Source of the DNA: Actinoallomurus sp.
GTDB lineage: Bacteria; Actinomycetota; Actinomycetes; Streptosporangiales; Streptosporangiaceae
Assembly (NCBI GenBank): GCA_045806665.1
Contig: JBJMIW010000372.1
Location: 1 to 63,338 of the forward strand
Reading direction: 5' to 3'
Length of the DNA: 63,338 bases
The position numbers and the translations under genes were made by a program. This document shows, one piece after another, positions 1-9,178 of this stretch. The notes under the pieces are model-generated. The model worked only from the letters and a program-made list of their open reading frames with translations, was not told the DNA's origin and did no database searches. Numbering within the stretch: position 1 is the stretch's first letter; each line of letters starts with the position of its first letter.

Positions 1-452
1 GTCACGTAGGAGCGCTCCGATGGCCGTCCGGGGGACTCGGCCCAGCCGGCGACGCGGCGACGCAAAGCGGTGAGCGCGGCGTCGGCCGCGGTCAGGTCCG
101 CCCGGGTATGGGGGAGGTCCGCCCGGTAATGGGCCTCCAACAGCGCCAGGCGCACGGCGAGCGGGTCGAGGCCGTCCCAGGACACCGGAGCCCAGCGGCC
201 GACGGTCGCACCGACGTGCACGTCAGCGGGCCCCGATGCCAGCTCGGCGGGGCGTACGCCCAGGTCCGACGCCCCGGGCACGGCGTTCCAGATCCCCAGG
301 GCGCGCAGCCGGTGGCGCCCGGCCAGCCGGCGGATCAGATCGCCGACCACCTGGGCGCGCAAGTCGTTCGCGCAGGCCACCCGGATGACTCCCGGCCGGG
401 CCGGGACGACCTCCGTGAGGCGCCCGGTTCCGGGGTCGTACAGGCGCAGCAT
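1..452 (-). CDS. Degenerate mini cysteinyl-tRNA synthetase/MshC-like protein (3' end runs off window)
   Basis: Not in ORF track. Manual translation from ATG at 452 is open to the window edge: MLRLYDPGTGRLTEV...DPLAVRLALLEAHYRADL...AALTALRRRVAGWAESP. N-terminus and RLxLLxxHYR segment resemble CysRS; no HIGH or KMSKS motif. Confidence 0.65.
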   Translation of the reverse strand, partial: MLRLYDPGTGRLTEVVPARPGVIRVACANDLRAQVVGDLIRRLAGRHRLRALGIWNAVPGASDLGVRPAELASGPADVHVGATVGRWAPVSWDGLDPLAVRLALLEAHYRADLPHTRADLTAADAALTALRRRVAGWAESPGRPSERSYV

Positions 453-538
453 GCGGACGACCCTACCCACATGTCCGGCATTCCGACCGTCTTGCCGCGG
501 TCGGGCGGGATCCGCGGTCGTTGAACCCGGAGCGACGC

Positions 539-1441
539 TCAGGCGTGGGGGGTCGACGATGCCTGCGCCGTCGACGGCGCGTGTGGTGCGGAGGGCGCGT
601 GCGGCGTCGGCGGCGTCTGCGGACCGGGCGGGGTGTGCGCCCCCGAGGACTCATTCGGAGCGAGCGGTTGGACGAGCTCTTCACCGCCGGGCTTGCGTAC
701 GGCCGCGAACCGGAGCCGTACGTAGTCGGCCATCCAGCCGGACTCGCGGCGGAGGGCGGGCGCGGCCAGCTCGTTCACCCGGTCGAGGAGCGGACCGGCG
801 AGCTCCGGGGGCACCTCGGCGATCAGCTCCGGCGCGAAGAGGCGGACCCAGTCGGCGGCGCCGTCCGGGCACTCGGCCAGGCGCGTCGGCCGGTCGAAGT
901 GCTCCAGCAGCCGTACGACGAAGCCGCCCTCCTCGAGCCGGGTCGCGTACTCGGCCGGGGTGGGGAAGTACCAGGGCAGTTCCGGTTCGGGCAGGCCGAA
1001 GACGCGCCATGCCGTCTGCACGGCCGCGATCAGCTCGGCGCAGTTGCCCGCGCCGCCCATCTCCGCGACGAACCGTCCGCCCGGCCGCAGCGCGGCGTGC
1101 ACCCGCGAGATGACGGCGGAGGGGTCCCGGGTCATCCAGTGCAAGGCCGAGTTGGAGAAGACCGCGTCGTACCGCTCGCTGATCGTGAAGCCGTGCGCGT
1201 CGCCGACGGCGAACGACAGGTGGGGATGCTGGGATCGCGCCTCGTTGACCATCTCGAGCGATTCGTCGATCCCGAGGACCTGCGCGCCCCGCTCGGCGAT
1301 CTCGACGGTCATCACGCCCGTTCCGCAGCCCAGGTCGATGATGCGCTCGTCAGGCTGAGGATCGAGTAGGTCGAGCAGCGGCGCCCCGTGGGCGGAGACG
1401 TACCCGAACGCGGTGTCGTACGCCGCCACGGCCCATTGCAT
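539..1441 (-). CDS. Class I SAM-dependent methyltransferase (Tam-like)
   Basis: IIDLGCGTG SAM motif, YDAVFSNSALHW, LRPGGRFV, C-terminal ADYVRLRF; start taken at ATG 1441. Confidence 0.88.
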   Translation of the reverse strand: MQWAVAAYDTAFGYVSAHGAPLLDLLDPQPDERIIDLGCGTGVMTVEIAERGAQVLGIDESLEMVNEARSQHPHLSFAVGDAHGFTISERYDAVFSNSALHWMTRDPSAVISRVHAALRPGGRFVAEMGGAGNCAELIAAVQTAWRVFGLPEPELPWYFPTPAEYATRLEEGGFVVRLLEHFDRPTRLAECPDGAADWVRLFAPELIAEVPPELAGPLLDRVNELAAPALRRESGWMADYVRLRFAAVRKPGGEELVQPLAPNESSGAHTPPGPQTPPTPHAPSAPHAPSTAQASSTPHA

Positions 1442-1553
1442 GTGCGCAAGATATAGGACAAAGCTGGCAAGCGCCGTAACGTCTCGAATGCTGGATCGTT
1501 GGCAGTGATTCGCGTCACGTGCCCGCCGGATCCGGGCCGGCCGGGGGAACCGG

Positions 1554-1562
1554 TTATCCACA
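1554..1562 (+). promoter_or_regulatory. Single DnaA-box consensus TTATCCACA in divergent intergenic region
   Basis: Exact 9-mer; single copy, so function is uncertain. Confidence 0.3.
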
Positions 1563-1638
1563 GACCGGCGGACGGGGCTTACGGCGGGAGAGCGCGCCGG
1601 GCGAGGCTTTCCGGGAGACCGATTCCCGGAGGCATCCC

Positions 1639-2532
1639 ATGATCGACCTGAGTGTTCCCGAGTCCGTGACGGCGCCCTTCGTGGTGGCCACCGCGCATCC
1701 CCTCGACGATCCGGCGGCAGTGGCACGCGACCGGGTGTGGCTGCCGTTAGCGGCCGAGCTGCTCGACTCGTCGCTCCTGCGATTCCGCGCTCGCCCGGCG
1801 GCCGAGTCCGGATACGCCGATCTCATCGGGAGCGCCGCCTGGGCGCGGCCGGACGAGGCGCACCTCCTCGGCAAGGCGCGGCACCACATCGTCATCACCG
1901 CGCACGCCCCGCCCGTGTCCCAGCCCGAGCACGCGCAGGCGGCCCGCGAGATCGCCCGGGTGGTCGCCGAGGCCTGCGACGGGGTGGTCTACGACGCGTG
2001 GTCCCATCAGGTGCTGCCCCACGCCTTCCGGTTCGCCGCCGAGCACCCGGAGTTCTGCCTGGCCGACGACTGGCTCGCGACGTTCGTCACCGGCGAGGAG
2101 GACGGTGAGCTGCACCTGGTCACCGCGGGGCTGCACCGCTTCGGGTTCCCGGAGCTGGAGGCCCGCGAGGTCCCGGGAGGCAACCTGTTCGCGGCTGTCA
2201 CGCTGCTGCGCTGCCTGGCCGTCGGTCTCCTCGACGAGCACTGGGCCTGGCTCGCGTGCAACCCCGGTGCTCCGTTCCGCCGCATTCCGCCCGAAACGGT
2301 GGTGGAGGGCGCCGACGTGTGGCGCTACTGGGCGGCCGAGCCGGCCGGTGTGCCCAGTGCGCCCGTGCGCGCCCGCCTGACTCCCGCTCCGCCCGAGGGG
2401 GCGGACGGACTGCCCTACCTCGTCGCCGGGCCGCCCGCCGACTTCGACGCCCCCACCGCCCTGTGGTGGAACGACGTCGTCGACCTGGCCATGCCCTACG
2501 TCCCGGAGGCGCCACGCCGCACGGCCGCCTGA
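1639..2532 (+). CDS. Hypothetical protein, paralog 1 of tandem pair
   Basis: GGAGG upstream of ATG 1639; aligns along its length with the next ORF (VPExVTxxxVxAT, HxIV, GLxRFGxPxL, LLR, WxxWxAxP). Confidence 0.75.
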   Translation: MIDLSVPESVTAPFVVATAHPLDDPAAVARDRVWLPLAAELLDSSLLRFRARPAAESGYADLIGSAAWARPDEAHLLGKARHHIVITAHAPPVSQPEHAQAAREIARVVAEACDGVVYDAWSHQVLPHAFRFAAEHPEFCLADDWLATFVTGEEDGELHLVTAGLHRFGFPELEAREVPGGNLFAAVTLLRCLAVGLLDEHWAWLACNPGAPFRRIPPETVVEGADVWRYWAAEPAGVPSAPVRARLTPAPPEGADGLPYLVAGPPADFDAPTALWWNDVVDLAMPYVPEAPRRTAA

Positions 2533-2676
2533 GCCGACGCACGCCCGATCCCTCGCGCCCGCTCGCCGGGCCGAGTCGATCGCGCCCCGTCCGGCGGGCC
2601 TAGTGCTGCGCGCTTTCAGCAGTGGGGTGCGCCCAGTGCAGCGCGTCCAACGATCGCGAAAGTCAAGGAGGCGGTC

Positions 2677-3630
2677 ATGTCCCCGTTCGTCCTGTCCGTA
2701 CCCGAGGTCGTCACCTCGCACTATGTGATCGCGACCAGCGAGCCGCCGGTCGACCCCTACGCGGTCGTCCCCTGGCGCGTGTCAGAGCCCTTCCGGAAAC
2801 CGGCCATCGAGGCGCTCAAGACCCCGCGCCTCGGCATCTTCACGGTCGAGGCCGGCGAGGCCACCTGGCGCCTCGACGACGTCCTGGCCTCCGAGGAGGA
2901 CCGGCGGCGCATCCACGAGTCCTCCCACCAGATCGTGCTCGTGCATCAGGCCCTGACGGTCGAGCAACCGCACCGGGAGCAGGTCGCGCGGGCCGTGGCG
3001 CGAGCCCTCGCCGACGCCTCGGGCGGCGTGCTCATCGACCCGCAGGCCCGGCAGGTCCTCCTGCGCGACGGCCTGGCGCGCGCCGAGCGCGGCTGGTTCC
3101 GCATGGGTGACCAGTGGTTCGGCACCCGCTACCAGGTCGACGAGGCGGCGCGTCGCCTCGGCCCGGCCGGTGATGCCGACGCCGCCGTCTGTGCGTGTCT
3201 GCGCATCACGCTGCTCGGGCTGCGGCGGTTCGGCCTTCCGGATCTCGTGATCGACAAGGTCGCCTGCACCCAGGACCTGCCCGCGCTCAACCTGCTGCGT
3301 GCGGTCGCGTCCCGGCTGCTCACCGACCAGTGGCGATGGTGCCGGGAGCGCCCGGCGCGGCCCACACGTCGCCTCGACGACCACCCCAAGATCGAGCCGG
3401 ACGACTTCTGGAACTTCTGGGGCGCCACCCCGTTCGTGGACGGCAGCCCGGTGGTCACGCGGCTGACGGCGACCTCGGCCGCGACCCTGGAGGTGGCGCC
3501 GCCCGCCGACTACACCGGCACCGTCGCCGACTGGAGCCGGGAGGTCCTGGCGCCCGCCATGCCGCCGCTGGTGGGCTGCCCCGCCGACGAGGATGCGGAC
3601 CGTGCGCGGTCCGCCGGAGGCGGGGCGTGA
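2677..3630 (+). CDS. Hypothetical protein, paralog 2 of tandem pair
   Basis: AGGAGG RBS; shared motifs with upstream ORF. Confidence 0.78.
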   Translation: MSPFVLSVPEVVTSHYVIATSEPPVDPYAVVPWRVSEPFRKPAIEALKTPRLGIFTVEAGEATWRLDDVLASEEDRRRIHESSHQIVLVHQALTVEQPHREQVARAVARALADASGGVLIDPQARQVLLRDGLARAERGWFRMGDQWFGTRYQVDEAARRLGPAGDADAAVCACLRITLLGLRRFGLPDLVIDKVACTQDLPALNLLRAVASRLLTDQWRWCRERPARPTRRLDDHPKIEPDDFWNFWGATPFVDGSPVVTRLTATSAATLEVAPPADYTGTVADWSREVLAPAMPPLVGCPADEDADRARSAGGGA

Positions 3631-3681
3631 CGCGACTCTAGAATCCCATTCTGTATTCGTTCGCGGGCGTGAGGAGCAGCA

Positions 3682-4551
3682 GTGACGTACACCGAGATCG
3701 ACTACACCGTCGCCGACGGGATCGCGACCATCACGCTGGACCGCCCCGAGCGGCTCAACGCCTTCACACTCGTGATGCGCGGCGAGCTCATCGACGCCTT
3801 CGACCGCGCCGACGCGGACGACGACGTACGGGCGGTCGTCGTCACCGGCCGCGGGCGGGCGTTCTGCGCCGGGGCCGACCTGCAGCGGGGCGGCTCGACC
3901 TTCGACCACCGGGCCGCCAAGGACATGTTCGGCGGCGAGGACACGTTCGAGGACGGGGCGCCGCGCGACGGCGGGGGCACCGTCGCCCTCCGCATCGCCC
4001 GGTCCCTGAAGCCGGTGATCGGGGCGATCAACGGTCCGGCGGTCGGCGTGGGCATCACGATGACCCTCCCGATGGACGTCCGGCTCGCCGCCGAGGGGGC
4101 GCGGTTCGGGTTCGTGTTCGCCCGGCGCGGCATCGTCACCGAGGCCGCGTCGAGCTGGTTCCTGCCGCGGATCGTCGGCATCGCCCAGGCGATGGAGTGG
4201 GCCGCGACGGGCCGCATCTTCGACGCCGACGAGGCGCTGCGCGGGCGGCTGGTGTCCTACGTGCATCCCGCGGACGAGCTCCTGGACGCCGCGTACGCCC
4301 TGGCCGGGGAGATCGCCGCGAACACCTCGGCGGTGGCCGTCGCCGCCGTGCGCCGGCTGATGTGGTCGGGCCTGGGCGCGCCCTCACCGTGGGACGCGCA
4401 CCGGGCCGACTCCCGCCTGATGCACGTACTGGGCTCGGCGCCGGACGCGGCCGAGGGGGTGACGTCGTTCTTGGAGAAGCGACCGGCCGAGTTCCCGATG
4501 AAGGTCAGCCGCGACCTGCCCGCGGAGGTCCCCGACTGGCCGCTGCCCTGA
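3682..4551 (+). CDS. Enoyl-CoA hydratase/isomerase family protein
   Basis: ITLDRPERLNAF, GRAFCAGADL, KPVIGAINGPAVGVG. Confidence 0.93.
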   Translation: MTYTEIDYTVADGIATITLDRPERLNAFTLVMRGELIDAFDRADADDDVRAVVVTGRGRAFCAGADLQRGGSTFDHRAAKDMFGGEDTFEDGAPRDGGGTVALRIARSLKPVIGAINGPAVGVGITMTLPMDVRLAAEGARFGFVFARRGIVTEAASSWFLPRIVGIAQAMEWAATGRIFDADEALRGRLVSYVHPADELLDAAYALAGEIAANTSAVAVAAVRRLMWSGLGAPSPWDAHRADSRLMHVLGSAPDAAEGVTSFLEKRPAEFPMKVSRDLPAEVPDWPLP

Positions 4552-4591
4552 CCGTGCGCCGCCACCCGGCCCGGCCCGCTGAATGAAGGGC

Positions 4592-4823
4592 GGCCGGCGG
4601 GGTTGAGAAGTGGTGGGCACGGCCGGTGGGGGTCAGGAGCGGGCCGCGCGGCACCGGGACCGGGACTGGCGGGCGGGTCTGCCGGGTCCGGAAGTGGTCG
4701 GCACGGCCGGCGGGGGGTCAGGAGTGGGCCGCGTGGCCTGCCGGGCTTAGGAGTGGCCGACGGGTCTGCCGGGGCTCAGGAGTGGGCTATGCGACCTGCC
4801 GGGGTCAGGAGCGGGCGGCGCGG
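4592..4823. repeat. Degenerate ~29-bp tandem array (8 units) echoing the stop region of the 4805 gene
   Basis: tcaggag(c/t)ggg-like cores at about 4603, 4633, 4660, 4687, 4718, 4747, 4776 and 4805; the last unit holds the real stop codon. Confidence 0.8.
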
Positions 4824-5053
4824 TGTGGCGGCGGTGGAGGGACGACCTTCCCCGCGACCAGGTCCGCTTCGGCCACCGTGACGACCGAGCCGTCCCGGCG
4901 GCGGACGGTGAGCCGGCCGTCGGCCCAGTCCTGCAGCTCACCGACGACGTCGCTGTACATTCCGCCGGGCACACGGCGTCGTAGGGACACGCGCCGTCCG
5001 ACGTCGGACGGAGCGATCGCGATGACGTAGCGGGCGGAGAAACGCGGGCTGAT
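4805..5053 (-). CDS. Small protein resembling the N-terminal domain of Rv0428c/cg3035-type GNAT acetyltransferases
   Basis: SDVGRRVSLRRR...SDVVGEL...LTVRRRDGSVVTV...VAGKVVPP; divergent from fdxA as in related actinomycetes; start uncertain. Confidence 0.65.
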   Translation of the reverse strand: MSPRFSARYVIAIAPSDVGRRVSLRRRVPGGMYSDVVGELQDWADGRLTVRRRDGSVVTVAEADLVAGKVVPPPPPHRAARS

Positions 5054-5152
5054 ATGACGCCCCCCATGGTGAAAGCCTCGGCTGACAGCGGCAATACTAG
5101 GCAATGACACCGCTGCGAGCGTGGCGATGGCCACAGACGTTGAGGAGTGGAA

Positions 5153-5479
5153 GTGACCTACGTCATCGCGCAGCCTTGCGTGGACGTGCTCGACAAGGCA
5201 TGCATCGAGGAATGCCCCGTCGACTGCATCTATGAGGGCAAGCGCATGCTCTACATTCACCCGGACGAGTGCGTCGACTGCGGCGCCTGCGAGCCGGTGT
5301 GCCCGGTCGAGGCGATCTTCTACGAAGACGACACGCCGGATCAGTGGAAGGACTTCTACAAGGCGAACGTGGAATTCTTCGACGATCTGGGCTCGCCGGG
5401 AGGTGCCTCCAAGGTCGGCAAGATCGACAAGGATCACCCGATCGTGGCGGCGCTGCCGCCGCAGGGCGAGGACGCCTGA
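5153..5479 (+). CDS. fdxA: Ferredoxin (7Fe/dicluster type)
   Basis: TYVIAQPCVD..CIEECPVDCIY..ECVDCGACEPVCPVEAI; GAGGAG RBS. Confidence 0.97.
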   Translation: MTYVIAQPCVDVLDKACIEECPVDCIYEGKRMLYIHPDECVDCGACEPVCPVEAIFYEDDTPDQWKDFYKANVEFFDDLGSPGGASKVGKIDKDHPIVAALPPQGEDA

Positions 5480-5579
5480 GCCCACGCGCCCGGTGCTCCC
5501 GGACGCGCGAGTTCACGATAGGCCGAGGCGCGCCGTCTGCCGGTGAGCGGCAGGCGGCGCGCGAACGTTGGGGGGACAG

Positions 5580-6665
5580 ATGTTCAGGACGCTTCCGGAC
5601 TTTCCGTGGGACCGGCTCGCCCCGTACAAGGAGCAGGCGCGGCAGCACGCCGATGGCATCGTCGACCTGTCGGTCGGTACGCCGGTCGACCCCACGCCGC
5701 AGATCGTCCGGCAGGCGCTCATGGACGCCGCCGACGCGCCCGGGTACCCCGCGACGTATGGCACTCCCGAGCTGCGTGAGGCGGTGGCGGGCTGGCTGAC
5801 CCGCAAGCTCGGCGTCGAGGCCGACCCGGCCGCCGTCCTGCCGGTCATCGGCACCAAGGAGGCGGTCGCCTGGCTGCCGACGCTGCTGGGCGCCGGGCCG
5901 GGCGACACCGTGGCCTTCCCCGAGCTCGCCTACCCGACGTACGACGTCGGCGCGCGCCTGGCCGGCGCCACGCCGCGCGCCGTCGACGGGCTGTTCTCCC
6001 TCGGCCCGGAGACGCCGAAGATCGTCTGGATCAACTCGCCGTCCAACCCCACCGGCAAGGTGCTGCCGGCCGAGCACCTGCGCAAGGTGGTCGCCTGGGC
6101 GCGGGCGCGTGGGGCCATCGTCATCAGCGACGAGTGCTACATCGAGCTGGGCTGGGACACCGAGCCGGTCTCGGTCCTGCGCCCGGACGTGTGCGACGGA
6201 GACCACCGCGGCCTGCTCGCTCTGCACTCGCTGTCCAAGCGCTCCAACCTCGCCGGGTACCGCGCCGGCCTCGTCACCGGCGACCCCGCCCTGATCGCAG
6301 AGCTCCTCGAGGTCCGCAAGCACGCGGGCATGATGGTGCCCGCGCCGGTGCAGGCCGCCATGACGGCCGCCTACGGCGACGACGCGCACGTAGAAGAGCA
6401 GCGCGTACGGTACTCCCGCAGACGTGCCGTCCTGCGCCCGGCGCTCGAGGCGTACGGCTTCCGCATCGACCACTCCGAGGCCGGGCTCTACCTCTGGGCC
6501 ACTCGCGACGAGCCCTGCTGGGACACCGTCAAGGCGCTGGCCGAGCTGGGCCTCCTCGTCGCGCCCGGCGAGTTCTACGGCGAGGCGGGTGCCCGGCACG
6601 TGCGGGTCGCGATGACCGCCACAGACGAGCGCGTCGACGCCGCCGTCGCCCGCCTGACCGCCTGA
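5580..6665 (+). CDS. dapC: N-succinyldiaminopimelate aminotransferase
   Basis: LPDFPWD, DLSVGTPVDP, NSPSNPTG, SDECY, HSLSKRSNLAGYR; follows fdxA. Confidence 0.95.
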   Translation: MFRTLPDFPWDRLAPYKEQARQHADGIVDLSVGTPVDPTPQIVRQALMDAADAPGYPATYGTPELREAVAGWLTRKLGVEADPAAVLPVIGTKEAVAWLPTLLGAGPGDTVAFPELAYPTYDVGARLAGATPRAVDGLFSLGPETPKIVWINSPSNPTGKVLPAEHLRKVVAWARARGAIVISDECYIELGWDTEPVSVLRPDVCDGDHRGLLALHSLSKRSNLAGYRAGLVTGDPALIAELLEVRKHAGMMVPAPVQAAMTAAYGDDAHVEEQRVRYSRRRAVLRPALEAYGFRIDHSEAGLYLWATRDEPCWDTVKALAELGLLVAPGEFYGEAGARHVRVAMTATDERVDAAVARLTA

Positions 6666-6779
6666 CCGCCCGCCGGGTCCGGGCGCCCCTCACCGGCTGA
6701 CGTGCGGACGAGGCCGCTCTACTTGACTGACCGCCTGAGCGTATGCGTCGCCGGCCTGTTCGGCGTCCGACGAGGTCGC

Positions 6780-6932
6780 CTCCCGCTACCCGAACTACGA
6801 CCCGTGGTGGCGGGAGAACCAGGCGCTGGACGCGGACCGCCTGCCGACGATGGGTTCGCCTTCGGGGTCGAGCGGCTCCTCGACGGCCTCCAGAGCCGGC
6901 TCGACCGGCGCGAAGAGGGTGGTCCGGCCTGA
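6780..6932 (+). pseudogene. Probable remnant of a TetR-family C-terminal domain
   Basis: PELRPVVA...DDGFAFGVERLLDGLQSRL resembles TetR_C helix FxFGLxxLLDGL; no HTH upstream. Confidence 0.45.
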
Positions 6933-7021
6933 GTGCCAGTGGACCGAATGGCATTCTGTCCGTTCCGCTGTAAGTGCTAAATTACTAACCGTCGGCTGGT
7001 TCGAGCTGAGGGAGGCCGAGG

Positions 7022-8164
7022 GTGCGGCGCGAGATCTTCACCGACGAGCACGAGGCCTTCCGCGACATGGTGCGGTCGTTCATCACCAAGGAGATCGAGC
7101 CGTTCCACGAACAGTGGGAGAAGGACGGTCTCGTCTCCCGCGACGTCTGGCTGGCCGCCGGACGGCAGGGGCTGCTCGGTATCGACATCGACGAGGAGTA
7201 CGGCGGCGGAGGCGACCCCGACTACCGCTACTACGTTGTCCTCAACGAGGAGCTGGCCCGCGCCGGGATCCACGGCCCCGGCTTCGCGGTGCACAACGAC
7301 ATCAACGGCGCCTACCTGAACCGGCTGGCCACCCAGGAGCAGAAACGTCGCTGGCTGCCCGGTTACTGCTCCGGCGAGCTGATCACGGCGATCGCCATGA
7401 CCGAGCCGGCCGCAGGCTCCGACCTGCAGGGCATCCGCACCACCGCCGTACGGGACGGCGGCGACTACGTCCTCAACGGGCAGAAGACCTTCATCTCGAA
7501 CGGCATCCTGTCCGACCTGGTGATCGTCGTCGCACGGACCGACCCGGACGCCGGGCACCAGGGCATCAGCCTCCTCGTGGTCGAGCGCGGTATGAAGGGC
7601 TTCGAGCGCGGCCGCAACCTCGACAAGATCGGCATGCACGCCCAGGACACCGCGGAGCTCTACTTCGAGGACGTCCGGGTGCCCCGGGAGAACCTCCTTG
7701 GTGAGGAGGGGCAGGGCTTCATCCACCTGATGCAGAACCTCCCGAGGGAGCGGGTGTCGATCGGCGTCGGCGCGCTGGCGGGCGCGGAGCGCGCGTTCGA
7801 GCAGACCTTGGAGTACTGCAAGACCCGCGAGGCGTTCGGCCGGCCGATCGGGCGCTTCCAGCACAACCGCTTCACGCTGGCCGAGATCAAGACCGAGCTG
7901 ACGGTCGCCCGCGCCTTCACTGACCGCTGCATCACCGAGCACACCGCCGGACGCCTCGGTGCGGAGGAGGCCTCGATGCTCAAGTGGTGGAACACCGAGC
8001 TGTGCAACCGCGTCATCGACCGCTGCCTGCAGCTGCACGGCGGGTACGGCTACATGGCCGAGTACCCGATCGCCAAGGCGTACCTCGACGCGCGCATCCA
8101 GACGATCTACGGCGGCACCACGGAGATCATGAAGGAGATCATCGGCCGCGGCCTCGGCGTGTAG
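7022..8164 (+). CDS. Acyl-CoA dehydrogenase (long-chain type)
   Basis: AIAMTEPAAGSDL, NGQKTFISNG, QLHGGYGYM, IYGGTTEIMK. Confidence 0.95.
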   Translation: MRREIFTDEHEAFRDMVRSFITKEIEPFHEQWEKDGLVSRDVWLAAGRQGLLGIDIDEEYGGGGDPDYRYYVVLNEELARAGIHGPGFAVHNDINGAYLNRLATQEQKRRWLPGYCSGELITAIAMTEPAAGSDLQGIRTTAVRDGGDYVLNGQKTFISNGILSDLVIVVARTDPDAGHQGISLLVVERGMKGFERGRNLDKIGMHAQDTAELYFEDVRVPRENLLGEEGQGFIHLMQNLPRERVSIGVGALAGAERAFEQTLEYCKTREAFGRPIGRFQHNRFTLAEIKTELTVARAFTDRCITEHTAGRLGAEEASMLKWWNTELCNRVIDRCLQLHGGYGYMAEYPIAKAYLDARIQTIYGGTTEIMKEIIGRGLGV

Positions 8165-8282
8165 GCCCCCGCGCCGTCGTACGGTCTCCGAAGCCGTCCA
8201 GCCGGTCCGGTTCCGCCGTCGGCCGCCCGGCCCCCGCTCCGCTGGGCCGCGGACCACGCCGGCCTGATCCAGCCGGTCAGTC

Positions 8283-9107
8283 TCAGTGGATCAGAATCCG
8301 GCCCGCGGGCGCCTGGGCGTCCTTGGTCCAGCCGTCGTGGCCCTGCGCCGACCGCCAGTGCCGGCCGGCGTAGCGCACCTCACGGATGCCGTACGGCTGG
8401 GCGTGCGCCACCATCCAGATCGCCATCGTCCATCCGCTGCGTGAGTTCGCGGCGGTCATCCCGTCGCCGGTGTCCTTCCGCTTGAGCGTCTTGCGCAGCA
8501 GGTCGAGGGCCTGCTGGGGCTGGACCTGCTTCTTGCGCTTGTTCGGTGGATACCAGCAGCGCACGGCGCCGGGCACGCGCCCGGTGTAGGCCGCGGCCAT
8601 GATGCGCGCGTCCTCCTCGTGCTTGGCGTACGCCTTGCCATCGGCGCTGCGCTGGACCTTCTGCGCCGCCTCGTGGACGGGCAGGCCGCTGTAGTCCTTG
8701 ACCTTGACGAGGGCGCTGAAGAACCGGTTGGCGGCGTACGCCGGATCCTTGAGCTGGGTGGCCGTTCCCCATCCCTGCGACGGACGCTGCTGAAAGAGGC
8801 CGACGGAGTCCCGGTCGCCACTCTCGAGGTTGCGCAGATGCGACTCCTGCAGCGCCGTCGCGTACGCGATGACGACGGCCTCTTCGGGGAGCTTCTTGCG
8901 CAGCGCCACCGCGGCGATGGTCGCGGCGTTGCCGGCCTGGTCGAGGTCGAGCGGCACGACCCCGGTGCTCGTCCGTGCCTCGCAGTTGGTGCCGTGGAGG
9001 TACGGGCGGAAGTGGACGTACAACGCCGCCCCGCCGCCAACGATGACCAGCGTGGTGACCAACGCGATGATGCCGAGCCGCAGCCGCCTCGCACTCGTCC
9101 GACTCAC
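8283..9107 (-). CDS. Membrane-anchored lysozyme-like fold protein
   Basis: N-terminal TM segment; ATALQES..NL..GDRDSVGLFQQRPSQGWG..AQKVQRSA motif common in actinobacterial cell-wall proteins. Confidence 0.8.
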   Translation of the reverse strand: MSRTSARRLRLGIIALVTTLVIVGGGAALYVHFRPYLHGTNCEARTSTGVVPLDLDQAGNAATIAAVALRKKLPEEAVVIAYATALQESHLRNLESGDRDSVGLFQQRPSQGWGTATQLKDPAYAANRFFSALVKVKDYSGLPVHEAAQKVQRSADGKAYAKHEEDARIMAAAYTGRVPGAVRCWYPPNKRKKQVQPQQALDLLRKTLKRKDTGDGMTAANSRSGWTMAIWMVAHAQPYGIREVRYAGRHWRSAQGHDGWTKDAQAPAGRILIH

Positions 9108-9178
9108 GGGCACGAAGGTACCCGTTCCGTGCACCCTGCCGAACATCCGCCGGTGGCGCCGCCGATATCCTCACCGGC

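Noticed and set aside
4592-4823. Possible CRISPR array
   Set aside because: Units are contiguous and degenerate with no unique spacers; no cas genes
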